Shown here: positions 48,839-61,484 of the stretch, one piece after another
Layout: the number at the start of each line of letters is the position of its first letter
Position numbering within the stretch: position 1 is the stretch's first letter
Source of the DNA: Macrostomum lignano
Taxonomy: Eukaryota
Length of the DNA: 64,000 bases
NCBI GenBank assembly: GCA_002269645.1
Contig: NIVC01003327.1
Coordinates: forward strand, 1 to 64,000
Direction of reading: 5' to 3'
Program-made: the position numbers and the translations under genes
Notes under the pieces: generated by a model
Told to the model about the DNA's origin: nothing
The model's input: the letters and a program-made list of their open reading frames with translations, nothing else
The model's database searches: none

Positions 48839-49972
48839 TCAACTGTCATGACAGCTGGACATCAAATGGTTGAGCATGTGCTCCTCGAATGCGGCTTGAC
48901 TGACTTGGTGACCGCCGCACACTTCGCATTGCCACTGCTCACCAGCCCCGGCTGTCCCGGAGTTTCCGCAGCCGCCCTGCTGGTGCTTGCGCAGATAGGC
49001 CGACCGCTTGAACCCGCGGCCGCAGCTCCTGCACGCAAACTGCTTGTTCGCGGCCTCCTTGGTTTTGACCGCCCGACAGTCGGGCCGCAGGATGGCGTCG
49101 ATGCTGAACTGCAGACCGCTGCTGCTGCTGCACTTCCTGCCGCTTATGGCGACGTCAGGCTTCGGCTTGTGCCAGCGTCGGTGGCTGGCCAGGTTGGCGG
49201 AGCAGTTGAACAGCTTGCCGCAGTCGGAGCACCTGTACTCCTCGTACTCGATGCACGGGCACCGATGCTGAGCCAGCTGGAACGCGTCGCCGAAGGTCAC
49301 CCAGCACAGCTGGCAGACGAAATCGCCAATCCGATTGACAATTTTTGACAGCGCAGCCTCGGCCTCGGGCGTCACTTCGACGAAGTTAAATGTGGTCACA
49401 ATGTCCAGCTGGTCGGCTTGGCTTGTCGGGCGAGCGCGACGGCTTCTTGTGGACTTCGACAGAGCGCGGATGATTGTGCCGCTGACTGGGCTGGCCTTCT
49501 GGCTGAGGCAGCACCTCTGAGCTGGCGGACTCGGCTTGCTGATGACGCCGCTTGGCTTGGCCTTCGGCGTTGAGACTGTCGGACGAGGAGGCGTCGAAGG
49601 CGGCGGCGGCGCTGGAGCTGTTGACTTGGCCAAATCGACCTCTTTGCCGGTGCCGCCCACAGCAGCAGGCTGACCGGTGCAAACCAGTGGCGGCTGCACC
49701 GGCTGCATGGCAGCAACAAACTGAAGGTATTGCTGCTGGATTTGCTGCTGGATCTGCTGCTGGATCTTCAGCGACTCAAGAAACGATACGGCGTTTACAG
49801 CGGCTGAGCAGTGAGGAAAAAATCCACCAAAGTCTGGTACTGTTGCAGGAGACGGCAGCTGAGGTTGCTGGGGCAGCATCTGATGCAGCATCTGAGCTCG
49901 AATGGCAGCTGGGAGAGCGAAGCCTCCATCATAAAACTTGTACGGGTTGAAGTTCGGATCGTTCGCCTCCAT
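48839..49972 (-). CDS. INSM1: INSM/IA-1 (nerfin-1/egl-46 family) C2H2 zinc-finger transcription factor, single exon, about 377 aa
   Basis: IGDFVCQLC..DAFQLAQHRC..EYRCSDCGKLFNCSANLASHRRWHKPKP is the INSM signature; two further fingers; the start could be upstream (frame open to 50086). Confidence 0.9.
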   Translation of the reverse strand: MEANDPNFNPYKFYDGGFALPAAIRAQMLHQMLPQQPQLPSPATVPDFGGFFPHCSAAVNAVSFLESLKIQQQIQQQIQQQYLQFVAAMQPVQPPLVCTGQPAAVGGTGKEVDLAKSTAPAPPPPSTPPRPTVSTPKAKPSGVISKPSPPAQRCCLSQKASPVSGTIIRALSKSTRSRRARPTSQADQLDIVTTFNFVEVTPEAEAALSKIVNRIGDFVCQLCWVTFGDAFQLAQHRCPCIEYEEYRCSDCGKLFNCSANLASHRRWHKPKPDVAISGRKCSSSSGLQFSIDAILRPDCRAVKTKEAANKQFACRSCGRGFKRSAYLRKHQQGGCGNSGTAGAGEQWQCEVCGGHQVSQAAFEEHMLNHLMSSCHDS

Positions 49973-50409
49973 GCGGTGTCTCCGGGGAGTTCTTACTTTC
50001 GACAGGTAAAGCTCGGGTTTGCTATTGAGAGCAGCGAATTGAGGACTCAACCTGATAAGCGAAGGGAGTTTTTTGTGCTCGCACAATCAGCAGAATCCAT
50101 CCTCAGCTTCAGCCTCAGCCTCCTCCGGAATCCTTGCAAGCAGGCGCGCGAGCCAGCCAACCGCCGGCTCTCATTCCCTCACTCTGCCTCCAGGCCCGCC
50201 AGCATTCCTTCGTTCTTCATCTCTCTCTCCTGACTGCAGGCAGAATCTCATTGGCTGGGAGGCGGACTCGGACCTGGTGGGGGTGGGGGGAGGGCTACCG
50301 GAGCAACTCTCCTATTTTCCCCATCATTGTCTTCTCCATTACGCTGTCTTTCGGCGCTATAGATTCTCATCAGACCTTCATTTGAGATCCCACAACTTGA
50401 GCTGTGAGA

Positions 50410-50830
50410 TCCCAAAGCTTGAAGATTTCATTATTTCAAAGCTTGAAAATCCCAAAGCTTGAAAATCCCAAAGCTTGAAAATCCCAAAGCTTGAAAATCC
50501 CAAAGCTTGAAAATCCCAAAGCTTGAAAATCCCAAAGCTTGAAAATCCCAAAGCTTGAAAATCCCAAAGCTTGAAAATCCCAAAGCTTGAAAATCCCAAA
50601 GCTTGAAAATCCCAAAGCTTGAAAATCCCAAAGCTTGAAAATCCCAAAGCTTGAAAAAGCTTAAAATTCTCAGAGCTTGAAAATCCCAAAGCTTAAAGAT
50701 CCTAAAGCTTGAAAATCCCAAAGCTTAAAGATCCCAAAGCTTAAAGATCCCAAAGCTTAAAGATCCCAAAGCTTAAAGATCCCAAAGCTTAAAGATCCTA
50801 AAGCTTAAAGATCCCAAAGCTTAAAGATCC
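50410..50830. repeat. 16-bp minisatellite AAAGCTTGAAAATCCC
   Basis: Tandem copies upstream of INSM. Confidence 0.95.
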
Positions 50831-52022
50831 CAAGGCTTCAATCGAGATCCCTATCTAAAGCTTTAATCCTAGCAAATTTTAAGCTTCAAGATTTCAAACA
50901 CATCATTATCGTTTCTAGGATTCAAGACAATTTGATAGAACAGATATTTTTGCATGTACGCTCGTAAGAGCTGGGTAAATAGGATGCCTATACATTCGTG
51001 TCTCGCACACATCATCAGACAATCGAATTGAATTCTACTTAGCAGTATATACATGTATGCTCGATCCACATATGCACTAGCTTTGACTAGCCTACTTGTT
51101 AAATGCTCGTTTATTGCCTGTACACAAGTGGCATATATATATGGTCAATCCATCATATTTTTACACAGCTCAGCAATCGTATACAAGCACGGGGGCCACT
51201 ATGTACAGGCATTCGTTCACGGTCTCATTATACCTGTGCACACATTGCCAATTCTGATGGCAGTATAATATGGTAGTAGTATAGTTAGTAGCAGTGCCAA
51301 CAGCCAAATATATTATAGCATCAAGCGAGCCTTTATAACATCGGATTCTGATTGATTCAAATTTATATTGTGTAGCCACCCAAACGAGAGCTGAACAAAC
51401 TGATACTGCAGGTATAAGGGCTGCTCTGTATACAGGGGGGGGGAGAGCTTGATACACATGCATGCAGATAGATAGAGATTGAGAGATGCTGCTTGCTTGC
51501 ATGGCTGCTGTGGCTGCTGCATTGGCGCAGATTAAATTCCTCAAACAGTGAGGGTCTCCATAGCCCCACATGCGGCCTGTGCTCAACCAGCATAGGTCAG
51601 TGAGCCTTGGAAGCTCATATCCGCTCTCCGTCATCTCCCTCTCTCTCGCTCCCAGCTTCCCTAACCCCCCACTTGTTAGAGGAAGGATCATAGAGCTCTG
51701 TAGTCGATTTCCTAATTTTTCATTAAGCAAAGACCCCCTCACAGTTGGGCCCGAAATCACGGCTGAGTAGAGTCTGAGAGGAAATTGAAATATTAACAGC
51801 GGTGCGCAGACACATGCTATATCAAAGAGCCCCAATTTCCCGAGCAAGTTTAACATTTTTCCTCTGACTCCTCCTTAATTTGGTGCGAGTAATTTCTTTT
51901 GGGAATCAATCCGAAGCGTGAGAAATCATAAACTGAAAGGATTGCAGGCCTGTAATGTATACTGATGCCTGAGAATGGCTATAATTTAAACAGGCGCTTG
52001 TGCATTTGCCATGATATGAGTA

Positions 52023-52342
52023 ACCAGGGGCTTTAGCACCAGGGGCTTTAGCAACCAGGGGCTTTAGCACCAGGGGCTTTAGAACCAGGGGATTTAGCAC
52101 CAGGGGCTTTAGCACCAGGGGCTTTAGCACCAGGGGCTTTAGAACCAGGGGCTTTAGAACCAGGGGCTTTAGAACCAGGGGCTTTAGCACCAGAGGCTTT
52201 AGCACCAGGGGCTTTAGCACCAGGGGATTTAACACCAGGGGCTTTAGAACCAGGGGATTTAGAACCAGGGGCTTTAGCACCAGGGGCTTTAGAACCAGGG
52301 GCTTTAGAACCAGGGGATTTAGCACCAGGGGATTTAGCACCA
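52023..52342. repeat. 15-bp minisatellite ACCAGGGGCTTTAGC
   Basis: About 21 copies. Confidence 0.95.
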
Positions 52343-53174
52343 CAGGGCCGCTGAGATACTGCAGGGGTTCCGAAACGCAGCATCATAATCATTGAAAAAA
52401 GTAATAAAAATTTCAGTTCAAAGTCGTATTGTCAACATGCAAGGTTTTGTCGATCCTAATACCATTTTAATCCTAACTAAATAGTCAAAGAAGCATTTTC
52501 CAATTTCCAAACTAAATCCTAAGCGTCTTTGCAGTGTGAGAAAAAAAGAATTTCTTAGTGTTAATTCAGAGTCGCCCTGCCCATCCATCTCTTAGAAAGG
52601 ATTACAGCAATGCGGCAGCAGTATTAAGACAGCTTTCTTCAGACACAGAATCTGCTTCCGACTCAATAACAATTGTCTTTGCCAGCCTGTGTTGCAGATT
52701 TTAATTATCTGCACACAGAACTGATTCTCTCGCATCAATCGGCCCAACTAATCTCCCGCACCCGCACAGGTAGGGGGATGCGGCATGAAGGATGGGATGG
52801 AATCCTGTGCAGTAAAGCTACAGCCGGTCAAGCTACAGCATGCGCCTCCGGGCGGAGCGAGCCATGGTAAACCGCGCTCGAGCATTCTATCAGATCTGCA
52901 GCCACTTGAGCATGTCCCGGCTTTTTTTACCAACAGACCATGCGCACAGAATATCTGGTAAAGGAATAAATTCTGACTCTCAATTGAATACCGAATTGCA
53001 ATCCGATACCCCGGCAGAGGCTCTCCAAGGATTTTGCCAACCGTGCGCGGCTTTCTCTCCGGCTGGGAGTGCAGGAATACGACAGGTGCGCACGGCTGAT
53101 CCGAGGGCCAGAGGGGCGGCTGCGGGTCAGGGAGACCGATGGGAGAAACGGGATGACAGCAGGGAGGAGGGTCA

Positions 53175-54145
53175 GTGAGAGGGAGATGGGGAATGAGAGT
53201 GAAAAGGGAAGTGAGATCGGAAGTGAGAGTGAGAGTGAGATGGAGAGTGAGAGTGAGATGGGGAGCGAGAGGGAGATGGGGAGTGAGAGAGATGGAGAGT
53301 GAGATTGGGAGTGAGATGGAGACTGAGATAGGGGGTTAGGGTGAGATGGAGAATGAGATGGGGAGCGAGAGTGAGATGGGGAGTGAGAGTGAGATGGGGA
53401 GCGAGAGTGAGATGGGGAGCGAGAGTGAGATGGGGAGCGAGAGTGAGATGGGGAGTGAGATTGGGAGTGAGTTTGGGAGTGAAATGGGGAGCGAGAGTGA
53501 GATGGGGAGCGAGAGTGAGATGGGGAGTGAGAGTGAGATGGGGAGCGAGAGTGAGATGGGGAGCGAGAGTGAGATGGGGAGCGAGAGTGAGATGGGGAGT
53601 GAGATTGGGAGTGAGTTTGGGAGTGAAATGGGGAGCGAGAGTGAGATGGGGAGCGAGAGTGAGATGGGGAGTGAGATTGGGAGAGAGTTTCGGAGTGAGA
53701 TTGAGATGGAGAGTGAGATTGGGAGTAAGATTGGGAGTGAGAGTAAGATTGGTAGTGAGATTGGGAGTGAGATTGGGAGTGAGAGTGAGATGGAGAGTGA
53801 GGGTGAGATGGAGAGTTGGTGAGATGGAGAATGAGATGGAGAGCGAGAGTGGTATGGGAGTGAGATTGGGAGCGGGAGTGAGATGGGGAGTGAGAGTGAG
53901 TTGGAGAGTGAGGGTGAGATGGAGAGTTGGTGAGATGGAGAATGAGATGGAGAGCGAGAGTGGTATGGGAGTGAGATTGGGAGCGGGAGTGAGATGGGGA
54001 GTGAGAGTGAGATGGAGACTGAGATGGGGAGTGAGATTGGGAGTGAGAGTGAGATGGAGACTGAGATGGGGAGTGAGATTGGGAGTGAGAGTGAGATGGA
54101 GACTGAGATGGGGAATGAGGGTGAGATGGAGGGTGAGATGGAGGG
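53175..54145. repeat. purine-rich low-complexity repeat (GAGTGAGATGGG-type)
   Basis: 6/12/18-bp periodicity. Confidence 0.9.
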
Positions 54146-54689
54146 TGCTGGTCTTCCTAGCACAGCCAGTTCGCCCAACCTTCGACAAAGTCATAAATAA
54201 ATAAACAAGGTCTTCGTGCCCGAGAAACACACCGATTTCTCGTACGCCAAGCGCTGGCAGACACGAAAGCTTCATTCAGACATCAACGAAACGCGGTACG
54301 CGGAAGCGACGCCTCGGTCATCCGGAAAGGATGCCAGTTAAGGGAGTGGTTGGAGATTCCCCAATTCCCGTTGATATTTACCCGACAAAAAAGTAACCCA
54401 AGTCAAATCTGCGTCAATAATTAATTTATTATTTGAAAATACAATTTTATTTGAGGCAAAAATTAAGCACATTAATTATTCATATTGCGGAGACAAAACT
54501 ACAAACTCAAGAAAATTCCATATCAAGATATTTATCTGCATAACACTGTGATGAGAGAATTTACAGCATTCCTGCGTTAGCTGAATAAGAATACTTTGCT
54601 TCTTTTTAATAGTAAACTGCGGTTCACCGCGTATTGATTCACTCTTAGCGTTTCAGGTTATTTTAACCTTGCTACCTATCCACCCATCT

Positions 54690-54714
54690 ATCTATCTGTC
54701 TATCTATCTGTCTG

Positions 54715-54749
<35 letters not shown>

Positions 54750-54846
54750 GTCTATCTATCTGTCTGTCTATCTATCTGTCTGTCTATCTATCTATCTATC
54801 TATCTATCTGTCTATCTATTTGTCTATCTATCTGTCTATCTATCTG

Positions 54847-54901
<55 letters not shown>

Positions 54902-54902
54902 G

Positions 54903-54941
<39 letters not shown>

Positions 54942-55082
54942 GTCTATCTATCTGTCTGTCTATCTATCTATCTATCTATCTATCTGTCTATCTATTTGTC
55001 TATCTATCTGTCTATCTATCTATCTGTCTATCTATCTATCTATCTACCCATCTATCTATCTATCTATCTGTCTATCTATCTG

Positions 55083-55121
<39 letters not shown>

Positions 55122-55380
55122 GTCTATCTATTTGTCTATCTATCTGTCTATCTATCTGTCTATATATATATCTATCTGTCTATCTATCTGTCTATATATC
55201 TATCTATCTGTCTATCTATCTATCTGTCTATCTGTCTATCTATCTGTCTATCTATCTGTCTATCTATCTGTCTATCTATCTATCTATCTATCTATCTATG
55301 TCTATCTATCTATCTATCTGTCTATCTATCTGTCTATCTATCTGTCTATCTATTTGTCTATCTATCTATCTATCTCTCTA
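54690..55380. repeat. (TCTA/TCTG)n microsatellite
   Basis: Compound tetranucleotide array just downstream of the BECN1 stop. Confidence 0.97.
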
Positions 55381-55449
55381 TCGAACAAATTGTTGATAAA
55401 CTTGACCTTCTTTCCCTAGAAGAATATTGATGTACCCCTCATAGCAGAG

Positions 55450-57148
55450 TCAAGCCAATCCAGAAGTCTGCCGCTTCTTCTGCAGCAGCTCCGGCTCGGT
55501 GGACATCCAAGCCTGCAGCATCTTGATGTCGAGCAGCATAAGCCGCAGCGCCATAGTCCAACGTTCGTCCTTATTTCCAGCCCGAACAATTGCGAATCTC
55601 TGGCCGGAGTCTTCAATCTCTTTAGGCGGGTGCAGCGGATATGGCGCCAGCCGGTCTTTGCCGTAGCGATCGCGAACGAAGGCCAGCAGCTCAGTGACGC
55701 AGCTGAGGTAGGCGGACATGCCCGAGTCGAATGCCGAGTCTGAGAACAAGCGGCCGTGGCTCGAATAGAGCGGCAGCGATCTGAGGGGAGTGCGATTGAG
55801 GGCTAGGATTAGGGGCAGGTGATCCCCAAGGCTTCGAGTGAGCATGATTGATGGGGGAAAGCTCGAATCTTCTCAAGCTCGAATCTTCCCAAGCTCGAAT
55901 CTTCTCAAGCTCATATCTTCCCATGCTCGAATCTTTAGAAGCTCTAATCTTTAGAAGCTCGAATCTTCTCAAGCTCGAATCTTCTCAAGCTCGAATATTA
56001 TTAAGCTCGAATTTTTTAAAGCTCGAATCTTCTCAAGCTCGAATCTTCCCAAGCTCGAATCTTCTCAAGTCATATCTTCCCAAGCTAGAATCTTCTCAAG
56101 TCATATCTTCCCAAGCTCGAATCTTCTCAAGCTCATATCTTCCCAAGCTCGAATCTTCTCAAGTTCGAACCTTCCCAAGCTCGAATCTTCCCAAGCTCGA
56201 ATCTTCCCAAGCTCGAATCTTCTCAAGTTCGAACCTTCCCAAGCTCGAATCTTCCCAAGCTAGAATCTTCCCAAGCTAGAATCTTCCCAAGCTCGAATCT
56301 TCTCAAGCTCATATCTTCCCAAGCTCGAATCTTCTCAAGCTCGAATCTTCTCAAGTTCGAACCTTCCCAAGCTCGAATCTTGAAATGGTTCAAACTAATT
56401 CTTCAGGATGATGTAAAATTTCCAGCTTGTCAAAGTAACCCTATGAACGATTAGAAAGTCAGAGCCGCTGTATACATGAAAAAAGTTTTAATTTGCATAC
56501 AACACTACTGAACTGAATTTCCTGAGTAGAAAAATACGGACATGATGAAGTAAAACGCAAAAAATAAGTAAAACATTTTGAATTTCTGCACCTTCCCGTA
56601 GCTAAGAGTCGCATCTCGGACTGGCTGGCGCAGGGCACAACGGTGTACACAGTTGAGGCGAAGCCCAGCCTGTGGGACACGGCCTGCAGCAGCAGGGCGC
56701 ACTGGCCCCAGCCGGCATTCAGCTCGGCCCAGTCGATCTGTCCACCCGCCGGCCGGCCCATTCGGAAGCCGCCAATGCTGGCAATGTGAGCGTCGTACCA
56801 GATGTGAAACGCCGCCCCGAGTACGCTGGTGTTCTGCAGCCTGTTCAGCTCCGACTCTGCGTAGGCCTGAGCCATGCATAGAGAGAAGGGGTGGGGTTGC
56901 TCAACCGCGAATTCAACCCTTTGAACCCTAGCATTCAAAGTTTACTACGATACATATCGGTGATGGAACAAAGTCCCGCTATAGACAGACAGACAGAAAG
57001 AAAGACAGACAGACAGACAGACAGACCGACAGACACACAGACAGACAGACAGAGAGACAGACAGAGAGACAGACAGACAGACAGACAGAGACAGACAGAC
57101 AGACAGAGACAGACAGACAGACACACAGACAGACAGACAGACAGACAC

Positions 57149-57223
<75 letters not shown>

Positions 57224-57290
57224 CACAGACAGACAGACACACAGACAGAAAGACAGACAGACACACAGACAGACAGACAGACAGACAGAC

Positions 57291-57323
<33 letters not shown>

Positions 57324-57376
57324 CACAGGCAGACAGACACACAGACAGACAGACACACAGGCAGACAGACAGACAC

Positions 57377-57409
<33 letters not shown>

Positions 57410-59163
57410 TAGACAGACAGACAGACAGACAGACACACAGGCAGACAGACACACAGGCAGACAGACACACAGACAGACACACAGACAGACCTGCTGGTTC
57501 CTGGTAGCGGACAGCTCCTCATCCAGCAGGAACAGCTGCCGCTTGAGCTCAGAGTAAGCGTGCTGCAGCTGCTGGTGCTCGGCCGTCAGAGCGGATTTCT
57601 TTGCCTCCTCGGCGTCGGCTTCGGCTCGAACTTCTGCCAGCTCGGCTCCGGTGGACTCGAGCTCGGCGCGTAGCTCAGCCTCCTCTGCCTCCAGCCGGGC
57701 CAGCGCCGCCTCTTCATCGTCGTGGTCGGTGTCGGCGTCGTCGGCGGGATCGGCCGACACCTCCGAGGCGTCGTTGTCGAACCGACGGTTTCGTCCGTCG
57801 GTGCCGGCCAGTGTCAGGTGCTCCAGGTAGCGGCGCATGCAGGCCAGCTCCTCTTCTAGCTGGCGTACTCGGTCGGCCTGTGAGGTGAGCAGTGAGGGAG
57901 GACTGTTTCTTAGAAACGAGTTTAAATCTTAGGGTTTAGATTAGGGTTTAGACTAGGGTTTAGATTAGGGTTTAGATTAGGGTTTAGACTAGGGTTTAGA
58001 TTAGGGTTTAGACTAGGGTTTAGATTAGGGTTTAGATTAGGGTTTAGACTAGGGTTTAGATTAGGGTTTAGATTAGGGTTTAGACTAGGGTTTAGATTAG
58101 GGTTTAGATTAGGGTTTAGACTAGGGTTTAGATTAGGGTTTAGATTAGGGTTTAGATTAGGGTTTAGACTAGGGTTTAGATTAGGGTTTAGACTAGGGTT
58201 TAGATTAGGGTTTAGACTAGGGTTTAGACTAGGGTTTAGATTAGGGTTTAGACTAGGGTTTAGATTAGGGTTTAGACTAGGGTTTAGACTAGGGTTTAGA
58301 TTAGGGTTTAGACTAGGGTTTAGACTAGGGTTTAGATTAGGGTTTAGATTAGGGTTTAGACTAGGGTTTAGATTAGGGTTTAGACTAGGGTTTAGATTAG
58401 GGTTTAGACTAGGGTTTAGACTAGGGTTTAGACTAGGGTTTAGATTAGGGTTTAGACTAGGGTTTAGACTAGGGTTTAGATTAGGGTTTAGACTAGGGTT
58501 TAGATTAGGGTTTAGACTAGGGTTTAGACTAGGGTTTAGATTAGGGTTTAGACTAGGGTTTAGACTAGGGTTTAGATTAGACCCGATTGATAATTAGATT
58601 AGAATAAACAATCGAAGTCCCCAACCTGCAGCTCAGCAAGAACATCGGCGCAGTCGGTGCACAGCGGGTGGTCAGCCGCGCAGTTGGCGTTCAAAAATTC
58701 AAATAGGCGTTCGAATACCGCCAATCGAGTGCTCAAATTCTGGCTAATGCTGGGCGCGCTGTCTAGCAGCAGGAAGTCGTGACTTGCGGACTCTGAGTCG
58801 CAGCTGGCAGACATTGTTGTGCACTGTTGCTGCTGCTGCTGTTGCTGTTGCTGCTGCGAGTCGCCACTCTGTTCTGAGTCAGCCTGAGGCATTGTTGACG
58901 CAATAATGCAAAATCTGAATTAAGATTTTGCACAAGTATTTCATGCAGAGGAAATTTTTGGCCAGACTCACCATAGCAACCGATCGACTTTGAAACGTAT
59001 TGATTGTCGCCTGCACGGCCTCCCTGTCGAGGCCTCGCAGAGTGGCGTTTAGGTTCAGACGGACGCAGCAGCGCTGACAGCGGAATGACGACTGCAGCAG
59101 AGCCTTGGCGGCCGTGGCTGGCGAGTCCTTGCTGACTGGCGACTGGCGACCGCTGGAGTCCAT
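55450..59163 (-). CDS. BECN1: Beclin-1/Atg6, 480 aa; exons 59163-58972, 58883-58626, 57877-57491, 56866-56592, 55780-55450
   Basis: SFRCQRC, BH3-like [19 protein letters not shown], coiled coil, [35 protein letters not shown]-like DERWTMALR; GT-AG junctions and phases all consistent. Confidence 0.95.
55855..56380. repeat. 16-bp minisatellite AAGCTCGAATCTTCTC in BECN1 intron 4
   Basis: Tandem copies. Confidence 0.95.
56980..57490. repeat. (GACA)n in BECN1 intron 3
   Basis: Starts exactly at the GT donor (GTCTGTCTG on the minus strand). Confidence 0.95.
57928..58580. repeat. telomere-like 12-bp array (T/C)TAGGGTTTAGA in BECN1 intron 2
   Basis: About 54 copies containing TTAGGG/CTAGGG. Confidence 0.95.
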
Positions 59164-59184
59164 GGCTGAAATTGCGTCAACTGG

Positions 59185-59800
59185 TTCTGTAGCTGACTGG
59201 TTCTGTAACTGACTGATTCTGTAACTGACTGATTCGGTAACTGACTGATTCTGTAACTGACAGGTTCTGTAACTGACTGATTCTGTAACTGACTGATTCT
59301 GTATCTGACTGATTCTGTAACTGACTGATTCTGTAACTGACTGATTCTGTAACTGACTGATTCGGTAACTGACAGATTCTGTAACTGACAGGTTCTGTAA
59401 CTGACTGATTCTGTAACTGACTGATTCTGTAACTGACAGGTTCTGTAACTGACTGATTCTGTAACTGACTGATTCTGTAACTGACAGGTTCTGTAACTGA
59501 CTGATTCTGTAACTGACTGATTCTGTAACTGACTGATTCTGTAACTGACTGATTCGGTAACTGACTGATTCTGTAACTGACTGATTCTGTAACTGACTGA
59601 TTCTGTAACTGACTGGTTCTGTAACTGACAGGCTGTAACTGACAGGTTCTGTAACTGACTGATTCTGTAACTGACTGATTCTGTAACTGACTGATTCTGT
59701 AACTGACTGGTTCTGTAACTGACAGGTTCTGTAACTGACTGATTCTGTAACTGACTGATTCTGTAACTGACTGTTCTGTAACTGACTGGTTCTGTAACAG
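59185..59800. repeat. 16-bp minisatellite CTGTAACTGACTGATT
   Basis: Begins about 20 bp upstream of the BECN1 ATG. Confidence 0.95.
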
Positions 59801-60467
59801 GCTACTGTAATTTTTTAACAGTGTACAACAACCTAAAGATGCACAAAAGCAGCAAAAGCAGAACATCTTTCAGAAACTGTAGTTTGTATATGTGACGACA
59901 TGATGTGACAAATAATATTAACATAACAATATAGCACAATAGCCACAGCTTTTTACATCATACAAAGAGCAAATTACTGTACAAAATACTTGCGGGTCAA
60001 AAAAAATTTGCAGACGATAAGCATAACAAAAACTTTATAAAGAACCTATCACGATATTTATAGAAAATGTTAATAAACATAGAGTTGATAACAGGGTAAA
60101 CACAAAGATAATATCAGCGATAATTTAAAACTGACATACAAATGTCATACGGTTTGCATTATTACGACACAAAATAAAGTGACTAGCAAGTTTTGATACA
60201 GCAAAACTACACAAAAGGTAAACAATGAAGGAGCGTTAAAGTGCAATGACCAATTGGTGTATGCAAAATAAAAAATTTAATGATTTATTGATAGCAAAAA
60301 CAATCAAGATAAGCTCAGCCGTTTTGATTGACAGGAGTTGACAGTAATATAAACAAGAGTTAGCAACTCTGCCCACTTGTAAATTCAATTTTTATATCTA
60401 TTTTTAAAAGTTCTCGTTCGTCAAGGTTATATGCCTAAGAATTTTTAAAGCATCAATTCCACTTCCG

Positions 60468-61320
60468 GTTTCTTAATTGCGCTTCTACCTCACTTCCGGT
60501 TTCTTAATTTGGATTGTATCTCACTTAAGGATGCATAATTAGGCTTTTATCTCACTTCCGGTTGCATAACTAAGCTTCTATCTCACTTCCGGTTTATTAA
60601 TTTGGATTTTATCTCACTTAAGGATGCATAATTAGGCTTTTATCTCACTTCCGGTTGCATAACTAAGCTTCTATCTCACTTCCGGTTTATTAATTTGGAT
60701 TTTATCTCACTTAAGGATGCATAATTAGGCTTTTATCTCACTTCCGGTTGCATAACTAAGCTTCTATCTCACTTCCGGTTTCTTAATTTGGATTTTATCT
60801 CACTTAAGGATGCATAATTAGGCTTTTATCTCACTTCCGGTTGCATAATTAAGCTTTTATCTCACTTACAGTTGCATAATTAGGCTTTTATCTCACTTCC
60901 GGTTGCATAACTAAGCTTCTATCTCACTTCCGGTTGCACAATTAGGCTTCTATCTCACTTTCGGTTGCACAGTTAGGCTTCCATCTCACTTAAAGTTACA
61001 TAATTAAGCCTTTATCCCACTTACAGTTGCATAATTATGCTTTTATCTTACTTCTGGTTGCATAATTAGGCTTCTACCTCACTTCCGGTTGCATAGTTAA
61101 GCTTCTACCTCACTTCCGGTTGTATAGTTTAGCTTCTGTCTCACTTCCGGTTGCAAAATTAAGCTTCCATCTTACTTCCGGTTACAAAAATTCAGCTTAT
61201 GTCTTACTTCCGATTGCATAATTGAGCCTCTATTTCACTTCTGGTTGCACAATTAGACTTTCATCTTACTTGCGGTTGCATAATTTAGCTTCAATCTTAC
61301 TTCCGGTTGTATAGTTAAGC
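60468..61320. repeat. about 28-30-bp minisatellite with CACTTCCGGT core and higher-order structure
   Basis: TATCTCACTTCCGGTTGCATAATTAGGCTT variants. Confidence 0.9.
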
Positions 61321-61484
61321 TTCTATTCCACCTTTGCTCGTCTCAATTATAACTAAATAATCGTATTTAACCAACAGAATAAAAACACAGAAAATTCCTA
61401 CTTTTCATGCGCATTTAGGACTAGACTAGACTAAAAAGACGAACATAAAAGACAAACAAACAATCTTCTGTCCGACAATGAAAT

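Noticed and set aside
51170-51856. 228-aa ORF
   Set aside because: No recognisable domain, TTG start, composition like non-coding or decayed element sequence.
52700-53170. Possible SOCS-box-like exon (AKSLESLCR) on the minus strand
   Set aside because: Motif incomplete and flanking exons cannot be joined convincingly.
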